Assembly (NCBI GenBank): GCA_963837155.1
Contig: CAWIMB010000002.1
Coordinates: 3,177,526 to 3,209,525, forward strand
Reading direction: 5' to 3'
Source: an uncultured Actinomycetes bacterium
Lineage (GTDB): Bacteria > Actinomycetota > Acidimicrobiia > IMCC26256 > PALSA-610
Length of the DNA: 32,000 bases
Position 1 is the first letter of the stretch. Each line of letters opens with the position of its first letter. This document shows, in pieces, positions 8,283-16,511 of the stretch. The notes under the pieces are model-generated. The model was not told the DNA's origin. It searched no databases and was given only the letters and a program-made list of their open reading frames with translations. The translations under genes and the position numbers were made by a program.

Positions 8283-9443
8283 ATGGACTTCGCCGAGAGC
8301 AGTGAGCACGAGATGCTGCGCGCGGCAGTGCGCGACATCGCGGCCGACTATGGGCACGAGTACTTCGCCGAGAAGTCGAACACCGGCGAAAAGGCCGATG
8401 AGTTGTGGAAGGCCGTCGCCGACCACGGTTTCCTCGGCGTGCACTTGCCCGAGGAATACGGCGGCGGCGGTGGCGGCATGAGTGACCTCGCGATCGTGTG
8501 CGAGGAGCTTGCGGCGCAAGGTTGTCCGCTGCTGCTGATCCTCGTGTCACCTGCGATCTGCGGCGAGCTGATCACGCGCTTCGGCACCGACGCCCAGAAG
8601 GAGCGTTGGCTGCGACCGATGGCCGCGGGCGCCAAGATGGTGTTCGCGATCACCGAACCGGACGCAGGTTCGAACAGCCACAACCTTTCCACGACCGCGA
8701 AGCGCGACGGTGACGTCTACCGGCTGCGCGGTACCAAGACGTTCATCTCCGGCGTCGACGAAGCGCCGTTGATGGTGGTGGTGACCCGCACCGGCACCGA
8801 TCCCGATAGCGGCCGGGGCCGCCTGTCGCTGTTCGTTGTCGACACCGAGGCGCCTGGCTTGGAGCGCACGCTGATCCCGATCGAGATCAAGGCGCCCGAG
8901 AAGCAGTTCCAGCTGTTCTTCGACGACGTCGAAGTTCCGGCCGATCGACTGCTCGGAGAAGAGGGCGAGGGGCTGCGGCAAGTGTTCTTCGGTCTCAACC
9001 CGGAGCGCATCATGAGCGCGGCGATCTGCACCGGCGTCGGGCGCTACGCGCTCGATCGCGCATCCGCGTACGCGAACGAGCGCCAGGTATGGGACGTGCC
9101 GATCGGCCGGCACCAGGGCGTGGCACATCCGCTCGCGATCGCAAAGATCGAACTCGAGCTCGCCCGGTTGATGACGGCCAAAGCGGCGTGGATGCACGAC
9201 CACGCAACCGACCGGGTCGCCGCCGGCGAAGCGGCGAACATGGCGAAGTACGCGGCGGCCGAAGCCGGGCTGCGCTGCCTCGACACCGCGATCCAGACGC
9301 ACGGCGGCAACGGCATGGCAATGGAATACGGCCTTGCCGACCTTTGGGGCACCCTGCGCCTGCTGCGCATCGCGCCAGTGAGCCGCGAGATGGTGCTGAA
9401 CTTCGTCGCGCAGCAATCGTTGGGCTTGCCGAAGTCGTACTGA
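8283..9443 (+). CDS. acyl-CoA dehydrogenase
   Basis: ATG at 8283 (MDFAESSEHEMLRAAVRDIA...). Typical ACAD layout with FAITEPDAGSN, a middle beta domain and C-terminal IQTHGGNGM. Confidence 0.88.
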   Translation: MDFAESSEHEMLRAAVRDIAADYGHEYFAEKSNTGEKADELWKAVADHGFLGVHLPEEYGGGGGGMSDLAIVCEELAAQGCPLLLILVSPAICGELITRFGTDAQKERWLRPMAAGAKMVFAITEPDAGSNSHNLSTTAKRDGDVYRLRGTKTFISGVDEAPLMVVVTRTGTDPDSGRGRLSLFVVDTEAPGLERTLIPIEIKAPEKQFQLFFDDVEVPADRLLGEEGEGLRQVFFGLNPERIMSAAICTGVGRYALDRASAYANERQVWDVPIGRHQGVAHPLAIAKIELELARLMTAKAAWMHDHATDRVAAGEAANMAKYAAAEAGLRCLDTAIQTHGGNGMAMEYGLADLWGTLRLLRIAPVSREMVLNFVAQQSLGLPKSY

Positions 9444-9456
9444 GCGGCCTGCGACG

Positions 9457-9949
9457 CTATCGACCGGGCGGGAACAGGTGCCGCACCGGCACCTTGACGC
9501 GCGGCGCCAGTGCATCGGCGACCATCGCGCGGTGACAGGTCGCGGGATCGGTCTCGACGCACAGCAGGGTGGGACGTTCGAACGGCACCAGACCGGCCGC
9601 GATCGCGTCGAGGTCGGCAGACGCCAGTACGTCGGCCCGGTAGCGACGCACGTACTCCGGCGCGAGCGCTTCCCGGGCCCGGAGGCCGGCGCCGCGACGG
9701 TCGATGTCGTGTTGGAGCGCAAGAAGATCGGGTGGGGGCGCGAGCTCCAAGAGGTGCTCGTACGCGATGTCGTTCTGTGCGAGGCACTCGACCAATCGCC
9801 GGGCGTTCGCGAACGCGGTACTGTGCGCCGCGCACACCTCGCCGCCGGCGCACATCGACGACGAGGTCGACGCGCGTGGCGCGAAGTCGCTGGATGAAAC
9901 CGGCTTCGTCGAACCCGTAGACACCGATCGTGCAGAGTTCCTGCGTCAT
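9457..9949 (-). pseudogene. DUF488-family protein interrupted by one frameshift
   Basis: The N-terminus [44 protein letters not shown] lies in one frame (ATG 9949-9947, overlapping the upstream TGA as ATGA). The rest, AFANARRLVECLAQNDIAYEHLLELA...LLCVETDPATCHRAMVADAL (DUF488 hallmark C-E...CHR), lies in the frame of ORF 9457-9924. The switch is near 9815-9825. Confidence 0.65.
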
Positions 9950-10770
9950 TCTCCCGTTGGTCCGTCGAAGCGGGGCTCTCGCTTCTCGGTGTGCGACGCG
10001 AGACCCTCGCGCACGTCGGGGCCGCCGAAGCCGTAGAACTCGTACGCGAGCGACGCATCGAGGATCGCCGACTGGGCGCGATACCAGTTGTTCAACGTTT
10101 GCTTGGTGTAGCGGATCGCCGCTTCCGCGCCGCCGCTCAGCTTCGTCGCGACGTCGAGCGCGGTGGCGTGCACCTGGTCGTCGTCGACGCACAACGAAAC
10201 CAACCCGATCCGCTCGGCTTCTTCGCCGGTGAGCGTCTCGCATGTCAGCAAGTAGTACTTGGCCTTGGCCATGCCACACAGCAACGGCCAGCAGATCGCG
10301 GCGTGGTCGCCGGCCGCGATCCCGAGGCGCGTATGGCCGTCGATGATCCGAGCCGTTCGGGCGACGATCGAGACATCGGCGAGAAGTCCGGCGGCGAGAC
10401 CCGCGCCGACCGCGGGACCATGGATCGCGGAGACGATCGGCTTCGCGCAGTTGATGACGTTGAACACGAGGTCACACGCTTCGCGCAGCACACACGTGCG
10501 CGCCGCGTAGTCGTTGAGCATGTTGTCGAGCAGGTCGAAGCTGCCGCCCGAGGAGAATGCCCGTCCCGCGCCTTGTAGCAACGCGACGTTCGTCTCGGGA
10601 TCGCGATCGATCGCGAGCCACACGTCGGCGAGCTCACGGTGCACGTCGGGCCCGACCACGTTGAGGCCGGGGGTGTCGAGGGTGATTCGCAGCACGCCCT
10701 GGGAGGGGCGATCGAAGCGCAGGTGGGAGAACTCGTCGTAGCGATCGGGCACGCACGAAAGAACTACCAC
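9946..10770 (-). CDS. enoyl-CoA hydratase/isomerase (crotonase) family protein
   Basis: 274 aa with crotonase signatures [10 protein letters not shown] and [13 protein letters not shown] start at 10770. Confidence 0.88.
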   Translation of the reverse strand: MVVLSCVPDRYDEFSHLRFDRPSQGVLRITLDTPGLNVVGPDVHRELADVWLAIDRDPETNVALLQGAGRAFSSGGSFDLLDNMLNDYAARTCVLREACDLVFNVINCAKPIVSAIHGPAVGAGLAAGLLADVSIVARTARIIDGHTRLGIAAGDHAAICWPLLCGMAKAKYYLLTCETLTGEEAERIGLVSLCVDDDQVHATALDVATKLSGGAEAAIRYTKQTLNNWYRAQSAILDASLAYEFYGFGGPDVREGLASHTEKREPRFDGPTGE

Positions 10771-10807
10771 GCGGCTCGGACGCGCGCCTCATGAAGCCAC
10801 CGCTCGT

Positions 10808-11638
10808 TTGTGCAAAGATCGCGGCGTGCTGGCGGGTGGGGTGACGTCGGAACGAACATCGCTGGCGGCGTGCTTCGGCGGTGGCGTCGCGTTCGGGATC
10901 GCGTTCGATATGGGCGTGGCCCACGCGTTGCGTGACTCGGGCATCGCGATCGACGAGGGACCGATGCTCGGCACATCAGCCGGCGCGTGGACTGCGGGTG
11001 CGCTTGCGCTCGGCGTTTCGTTTCCGGACGTCCTGGCGGCCGTGCCCGCGGACCTGAGCTTCAAGCCGACGGCGACGCGTCCGGTCGACGTCGCCCGGGC
11101 GGTCTACGGCACGGCCCATGACGCTCGCGTCGCGGCCGTCGTTCTCGAGATCGCCGCGCCGCCCCGCCGCCGCGTGCTTTCGGGGGCGTCGCACTCGATC
11201 GCCGACATCGTCGCCGCGTCGTCGTCGCTGGTCGGCCTGGTCACGCCTCATTGCATCGGCACCCGCCGATTCCTCGATCCCGGCCCGCTCTTCATGACGT
11301 CCGCGCACCGCGCGCCCGCCGCCGACGTCCTCGTCGTTGTTGCCCCGATTGCGGGACGCGTCTTGGGCGCACGTGGTGCCGTCATCGAACGGCAACTGCA
11401 GATCGAGATGCAACTCTGGCGACGGCGGACGCGCGGACACGTCCTCTACGTCCGCCCGAACACCGAAGTCACTCGCCTCGCGGGGAGAAGGGTCTCCGAC
11501 CTCTTCGACGTCGGGCGCGCACGCGACATCTACGCGGCCGCGTACGACGAGGGTCTTCAGTGCGCGCGGCGCTTTCAGACTCGTCATCCCACGCTCGCGG
11601 CGGCGATTCGCGCTCCCGCGGTCGCCGCGAAGGGCTAA
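10808..11638 (+). CDS. patatin-like phospholipase (small, single-domain) no. 1
   Basis: Glycine-rich oxyanion motif FGGGVAFGIAF, nucleophile elbow GTSAG, and a later Asp in FLDPG. The start is uncertain (TTG 10808 or GTG 10826). Confidence 0.7.
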   Translation: MCKDRGVLAGGVTSERTSLAACFGGGVAFGIAFDMGVAHALRDSGIAIDEGPMLGTSAGAWTAGALALGVSFPDVLAAVPADLSFKPTATRPVDVARAVYGTAHDARVAAVVLEIAAPPRRRVLSGASHSIADIVAASSSLVGLVTPHCIGTRRFLDPGPLFMTSAHRAPAADVLVVVAPIAGRVLGARGAVIERQLQIEMQLWRRRTRGHVLYVRPNTEVTRLAGRRVSDLFDVGRARDIYAAAYDEGLQCARRFQTRHPTLAAAIRAPAVAAKG

Positions 11639-12078
11639 GCCTCGACGATTACCCAGCCGCGCATCCCGTACGCGAGATGACCCGGCAAGTGGCACGCGAA
11701 CTCGTAGCGACCCGGAGCTTCGAAGCGGTAGAAGGTCTCACCGATATCGAGGGCCTTGACCGACACCTCGCCGGGCACCGGAGGGTGCGCGGCTTCGTTG
11801 CCCTGTTGGTGCCTGCGGTGCACTGCGGCGTCACCAACGATGAACTCGTGGGCGATCGGATCGTCGTTGTGCACGAGGAACTTCACGAGCGTGCCCGGAC
11901 GCACGTGCAGCGTCGAGAATGAGAAATGACTGTGGCGAATCCCGACGTCGACGGTGACGAGGCCGGGGCCGAGCGGCGTGTCCCCTTCCGCGTGCGCGGA
12001 CCCTTCGAGTGCGTATCCGCCGATCGCGGTCGCGGCCGCAACCACAACCGCGAGAGTGATCCGTCCGAGAAGCCTCAC
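11635..12078 (-). CDS. exported cupredoxin-like (plastocyanin/azurin-type) copper protein
   Basis: 147 aa from a GTG at 12078 that overlaps the upstream stop (GTGA). N-terminal signal/anchor VRLLGRITLAVVVAAATAIGG and type-1 copper ligand pattern H...FACHLPGHLAYGM. The ORF-track extension to 12525 overlaps the upstream gene and is not credible. Confidence 0.75.
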   Translation of the reverse strand: MRLLGRITLAVVVAAATAIGGYALEGSAHAEGDTPLGPGLVTVDVGIRHSHFSFSTLHVRPGTLVKFLVHNDDPIAHEFIVGDAAVHRRHQQGNEAAHPPVPGEVSVKALDIGETFYRFEAPGRYEFACHLPGHLAYGMRGWVIVEA

Positions 12079-13133
12079 GCCGCAGCTCCCAGGTTCGGGC
12101 GGCGCCGGCCGAACACTCCGGCGATGGCGAACGTCAGCGCCCCGGCTCCCACTGCCGCCGCGACGGGCCACAGATTCCAGCCGGTGTCGGTCACGATCGG
12201 ACGCGCTTGGTCTGCCTGCACGCCAGTGTCGGTGAGGCGCGGCACCGAGTTGCTGTGCGTCGACATCGCGAGGTCGTAGTCCAGCTTCCCGGCGGTCGTG
12301 TCGAGCGGGAGATACGTGAACCACATGCGATCGGGGACCCAGCCCATGCCCTTGTCGGTGCGCAGATCGGAGAGCAGCTCCGGCGACGCCCACTCGTGAC
12401 GGGACAGCGCCAGACCGGGCCCGCCCGCCAACAGCTTGGGCTCGCTGTCGGTGAGGATGAACACGTCTGCATTCACGGCCTCGTTCTTGTCGAGACCGAG
12501 GCCGAGGATGCGTAGCGGCACCCACGGTTCACGGGTCGGCATCGTGAGCATGATCGGTGTGCCGTCACCGGAGCTCTGACCAAGCCGGCGAGCGCGCGCC
12601 GCGTCGAAACGTGCCGCCATGAACACGGGGCTGCGTTGCGAGTAGAAGTCGAGCACTTCCGGCGCGTCGGGCGAGAGCAAGAAGCCGTGATCGGTTGCCC
12701 ACTTGCCGACTTCCGCGCCACCGCCGCGCAAGACCGTGATGTCGAGCGCGTCGATCTTCTTTTGGATCAGCACCTGGGCACCTTCCGTCTTCGCAGCAGC
12801 ACGATCCTCGGCGAAAAACGCTTGGGGGACCGGTGGTGCGACCTCACGCTGCAGGCGTTGCAGCGTCCAGTCGCCGCCCCGTTCGACGTCGGTCGGCACC
12901 GCGGGCAACGGCACGATCGAGCCGAGCTCCTTGCCCTCGCCGGTGAACTGGAACGACGTCACGTAGCGTTCGACGCCGTCGTGATACGCGGCGAGTGTCG
13001 AAGTGCGCGTGAGACGGATGGTGCCGTTTTCCCCGACCAGACCGGCACAGGCGACTGCCGGCGCCGCGGCGCCGATCACCACTGCCGGTACGGCCACGGC
13101 CAGCGCCGCCCATCGAAGAGCTCGTGTGTGCAT
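12075..13133 (-). CDS. DUF2330-like exported protein with C-terminal membrane anchor
   Basis: 352 aa. Signal peptide ending in a Cys (AAPAVACAGLV), a long soluble region and a C-terminal hydrophobic helix (LWPVAAAVGAGALTFAIAGVF) followed by RRRP. The layout matches my recollection of DUF2330 proteins; the family assignment is unverified. Confidence 0.5.
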   Translation of the reverse strand: MHTRALRWAALAVAVPAVVIGAAAPAVACAGLVGENGTIRLTRTSTLAAYHDGVERYVTSFQFTGEGKELGSIVPLPAVPTDVERGGDWTLQRLQREVAPPVPQAFFAEDRAAAKTEGAQVLIQKKIDALDITVLRGGGAEVGKWATDHGFLLSPDAPEVLDFYSQRSPVFMAARFDAARARRLGQSSGDGTPIMLTMPTREPWVPLRILGLGLDKNEAVNADVFILTDSEPKLLAGGPGLALSRHEWASPELLSDLRTDKGMGWVPDRMWFTYLPLDTTAGKLDYDLAMSTHSNSVPRLTDTGVQADQARPIVTDTGWNLWPVAAAVGAGALTFAIAGVFGRRRPNLGAAA

Positions 13134-13252
13134 GCGATCCTCCGAATGCTCTGAAGCTGGGGGTCCGACGACCGCCGCCTGCCGGGAGTTCCCATCACCG
13201 GCAAATCCGCCCGAGCGGTGGCTAGCGTGCGGCCCGGAACGGAGGAACGGCG

Positions 13253-14227
13253 ATGGCTCGGATTGGTCTCGTGCTCGGCGCCGGCGGCGCGGTCGGGCAC
13301 GCCTTCCACACCGGCGTCCTCTCCGCGCTCGCGGACACCGCCGGCTGGGACGCTCGCGACGCCGAGGTCATCGTCGGCACGTCAGCCGGCTCATTGGTCG
13401 GTGCCCTGCTGCGCGCCGGCCTCTCGGGTACGGATCTCGCCGCCCGGACCAAGGACATGCCGCTGTCCGCCGAAGGCCGGCGGCTCGTGACGATCGCCGA
13501 AACCGCGCGTGGCGACCAACCACCGATTCCTTCCCGGCCTCCCCGCGCGTCACGCACCGGCGTACCCACGATGGCGGCACCCGGCGCGTTCGTGCACGCC
13601 GCCCGGCGACCCTGGAACGTGCGGCCGGGAGCACTGGCAGCCGCGGCGATGCCCGCTGGCCGCGTCCCTACAGAGCTGATCTCCACCGGATTGCGGCCGC
13701 TGTTCGATCACTGGCCCGAAGGGACCTTGTGGATCAACGCCGTCGAGCTCGAGTCGGGCCGGCGCGTGACGTTCGGTCGCAGCCGACGTGTCACCACCGA
13801 TGTCGCCACTGCGGTCGCGGCGTCGTGCGCGATCCCCGGCTTCTTCGCCCCCGTCTCCATCGGAGACGTTCGCTATGTCGACGGCGGTGTCCACTCGCCG
13901 ACGAACGCCGATCTCGTTGCCGGCCTCGGCCTCGATCTGGTGGTGGTGTCGTCGCCAATGTCGATCGCCCGCAACGGCATGCGGTTCGCTCCTGATCAAC
14001 CGGCGCGGCAGTTCTCCCGGATCACGCTCGCGCGCGAGGTGCGGCGGCTACGCAAAGCGGGAACGCCGGTCTTGACCTTCCAACCCACCGACACCGTCCT
14101 CGACGTCATGGGTTGGAACGCGATGGATCCGTCACGGCGGGCCGACGTCTCCCGCAGGGCGCACACGTCGGCGGTGCGCCGGCTCGAACGCGCCGACGCG
14201 CGCGACCGGGTGGCATTGCTCACATAG
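13253..14227 (+). CDS. patatin-like phospholipase (single-domain, CapV-sized) no. 2
   Basis: 324 aa. GGAGGAA ribosome-binding site before the ATG. Motifs LGAGGAVGHAFHTG, GTSAGS and the catalytic Asp in YVDGG. Confidence 0.85.
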   Translation: MARIGLVLGAGGAVGHAFHTGVLSALADTAGWDARDAEVIVGTSAGSLVGALLRAGLSGTDLAARTKDMPLSAEGRRLVTIAETARGDQPPIPSRPPRASRTGVPTMAAPGAFVHAARRPWNVRPGALAAAAMPAGRVPTELISTGLRPLFDHWPEGTLWINAVELESGRRVTFGRSRRVTTDVATAVAASCAIPGFFAPVSIGDVRYVDGGVHSPTNADLVAGLGLDLVVVSSPMSIARNGMRFAPDQPARQFSRITLAREVRRLRKAGTPVLTFQPTDTVLDVMGWNAMDPSRRADVSRRAHTSAVRRLERADARDRVALLT

Positions 14228-14256
14228 CCGTGTCCGACGCCGCCTCCGTCTCGTCC

Positions 14257-14313
14257 CTAGAGCCCCGACCGGCAACGTTTGCCGCGTTCCAACGTCACCG
14301 GACGGGGCTCTAG
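14257..14313. terminator. nested inverted repeat between convergent patatin and caspase-TIR genes (candidate bidirectional terminator)
   Basis: CTAGAGCCCCG (14257-14267) pairs with CGGGGCTCTAG (14303-14313). An inner hairpin CGGCAA-CGT-TTGCCG lies at 14270-14284. The outer right arm overlaps the TAG stop of the minus-strand gene. Confidence 0.4.
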
Positions 14314-16496
14314 TGCGAGAGCACCTGCACGGTTTTTCCGCATTGGATCGCGACGCTTCGAACGGCCACCGGCACGCTCAGCTGGACGCCCCAGTGCAAT
14401 GCACCCGCCTGATCGAACGGCGCGATCTCTCCCGCGAACAGGCCGATGCCGGGCGGTGCGGTCACGTTGCCGGACGTGCGAACGAGCGGCACGCGGAGGT
14501 CGGGACCACCATCGACACTCAAGATCGCTGTCACAACTGGATCGACGCCCGACGACGGTGTCTCGATCGCGATCGCGAACCGGTCGGGACCACGCGTGCA
14601 TGCCGCCGACAGGCGAACGTCGCCCGTCGCCGCGAACGAGGTCGTGGTAACCGCGACGGGGGCCGTCGTCGTCGGGCCCGGTCTCGAGCTGTTTCCTCCT
14701 GAGGTCGCGAGTGCGCCGAGCACGGCGGCCGCGCCGAGCGCGGCGGTACCGACTGCGGCGATCGTTCGCACGAGCCGGTGCTTCCTCGGCGGCCGGGGCG
14801 GACGTCCGGGGCTCGGTGACGGACTCGCCGGTGGCGGCGACGCAGGAGGCGGCGACGCAGGAGGCGGCGGCACGGGAGGTCGGCGCGCGGCAGGCGGCGG
14901 CGTAAAGCTCGGCGGCGCGGTAGCCACCGGCGGTACAGCAATCGGCGGCAACGAGCGGAAGTCGACGCGCTGGAAGTGCAGGCGCCGCAGCTCCGGAGGC
15001 GGAAGCTCTTCGTCGGAAGGAAGCGGCTCCTCCCAATACACGGGCCGTACGAACGACGGTCGCTGCAACGACAGCGCGTAGTCCCACTCCCTCTGCACGT
15101 TCGCCGAGTACATCGAGTTCCTCGACCAGAAAAGCTGGAACACGTCGGCCTGCGCGATCAGCTCGAGCAGTCGCGCGTCCCACTCCTCTCCCGCACGCAG
15201 CCGATTCGAGTCGCGCACGAACTCGTCACCGATGAGGTGCTCGATCGCGGCAACCTGTTCGACGACGGCGAGGTCGCGATGTGAGTACGAGACGAAGATC
15301 TTCCGGTACGGCCGGGCCCGTTCGGGCACGGGGCGATCGAGATCACTCAGTGCCGATGAGGACGCCAGTGTCGATGCCGGTGCCGTCGCCACGTCGTCAA
15401 CTCGAATGGTGAGGCTGATGTCGGCGATGAGCACTGCGTCATAGAACACCGACAGCTGACCGCGCGCGTGGCGGCCCTCGACGGCGGGCGACGCTCGGAG
15501 CCGGAACTGTGCCTCGTACACCTCCCCGCGCCAGCGGAACGCCTGATCCGGCGGATCGAACTCGATGCCTTCGACGTACGGCACGAACCGCAAGATCGCA
15601 CCGCGACCGATGGGTGCCGTGCTGTCGCTTCCCTTCTCGCCATAGGCCACACCTTCGCTTGCAAGTGCATCTGCTCGTCGCCGTACCTCCTCGGTCTGGT
15701 CGATCCACCCGCGTACGGGGTCCTCCACGAGGTCGGCCTTGTGCGCGAAGACGAGCATCTTGTATTCGACGCTCGGTTGCACCGCACGCGGGCGGTAAAC
15801 GCTGAACTGCACGTCGTCATCGAAAAGGTTGCGATCACGAAATCTGACGACCGCCATGCCCCGCGCGCGCGTGCTGGAGACGATGCAATGCGACGGTATT
15901 CCGACCTGCTCGATGCGCCGGCGCGCGTACGAGAACAGCTCGTCGAGCGTGATGGTCCCGTCGCGGTCGAGGTCGGCATCCCGGCCCGCGATTCCTTCTG
16001 CGAGCCGGCGCGTGAGACCGCCGTCGAGGCCGAGGCTCCTCGCGTTCGAGACCATGACGCCTACCGCGAGTCCTGCGAACGACTGCTCGAGCGAGACGAG
16101 ACGATCGCCGCTCGTTCCGGGACGATCGTCGTCGGCAAAGGTGCAATCGAAGATCACGACGATCGGTTGCCGTGAGCTGCGGATGACGTCCCGTACTGCG
16201 TCGATCGGCACGGCGGTCAAAGGAGTCGGCTGCTCGCCGGCGCGGGACGTGAAAAACAAGCGGCCGTCGTAGTCGCGCACGACATGCCCGCAGAACAGCA
16301 CCAACGTCAATGCATCAAGCGGCTGCGGTGAACTCTCCGGAAGCGCGTGCAATATGACCGCACCCGGCGCGTCGATCAGCGGCACCACGTTGACGGGAGC
16401 GTCGGTCGCGCTGGTAACCGCCGCGAGGAATTCATGTGCCTCGGCCGCGGTCGACTCACCGGCGACGACGATCGCAGTGGTGATCATGTCCGGCAC
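14310..16496 (-). CDS. multidomain membrane protein: caspase-like (peptidase C14-type) domain, EF-hand loop, beta-rich middle domain, TIR domain, Pro-rich linker, single TM helix, extracytoplasmic tail
   Basis: 728 aa, GTG 16496 with GGAG 7 nt upstream. His/Cys dyad context LTLVLFCGH(71) ... IVVIFDC(118), 46 residues apart. Caspase-tail plus EF loop GLTRRLAEGIAGRDADLDRDGTITLDELFSYARRRI. TIR: YRKIFVSYSHRDLAVV...DVFQLFWSRNSMYSANVQREWDYAL. Linker PPPASPPPASPPPASPSPSP. TM LVRTIAAVGTAALGAAAVLGALA. A 130-aa tail with two Cys. Confidence 0.75.
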   Translation of the reverse strand: MPDMITTAIVVAGESTAAEAHEFLAAVTSATDAPVNVVPLIDAPGAVILHALPESSPQPLDALTLVLFCGHVVRDYDGRLFFTSRAGEQPTPLTAVPIDAVRDVIRSSRQPIVVIFDCTFADDDRPGTSGDRLVSLEQSFAGLAVGVMVSNARSLGLDGGLTRRLAEGIAGRDADLDRDGTITLDELFSYARRRIEQVGIPSHCIVSSTRARGMAVVRFRDRNLFDDDVQFSVYRPRAVQPSVEYKMLVFAHKADLVEDPVRGWIDQTEEVRRRADALASEGVAYGEKGSDSTAPIGRGAILRFVPYVEGIEFDPPDQAFRWRGEVYEAQFRLRASPAVEGRHARGQLSVFYDAVLIADISLTIRVDDVATAPASTLASSSALSDLDRPVPERARPYRKIFVSYSHRDLAVVEQVAAIEHLIGDEFVRDSNRLRAGEEWDARLLELIAQADVFQLFWSRNSMYSANVQREWDYALSLQRPSFVRPVYWEEPLPSDEELPPPELRRLHFQRVDFRSLPPIAVPPVATAPPSFTPPPAARRPPVPPPPASPPPASPPPASPSPSPGRPPRPPRKHRLVRTIAAVGTAALGAAAVLGALATSGGNSSRPGPTTTAPVAVTTTSFAATGDVRLSAACTRGPDRFAIAIETPSSGVDPVVTAILSVDGGPDLRVPLVRTSGNVTAPPGIGLFAGEIAPFDQAGALHWGVQLSVPVAVRSVAIQCGKTVQVLSH
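14834..14878 (-). repeat. 15-nt tandem repeat (2 perfect plus 1 imperfect copies) encoding the PPPAS linker repeats
   Basis: GCGGCGACGCAGGAG at 14834-14848 and again at 14849-14863, then GCGGCGGCACGGGAG at 14864-14878. In frame within the caspase-TIR gene. Confidence 0.8.
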
Positions 16497-16511
16497 TACG
16501 CCACTCCGTCG

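Noticed and set aside
8547-10279. Long minus-strand ORFs (503 and 411 aa) overlapping the acyl-CoA dehydrogenase
   Set aside because: These are Arg/Ser/Pro-rich nonsense over most of their length. Only the short segment [17 protein letters not shown]... of the 411-aa ORF is real; it is the N-terminus of the DUF488 gene.
13134-13252. Copper-responsive operator (CsoR/CopY-type) in the divergent region upstream of the DUF2330-like/cupredoxin pair
   Set aside because: No GC-rich pseudo-palindrome of the TACCC-N4-GGGTA type, or other convincing dyad, is visible by eye.
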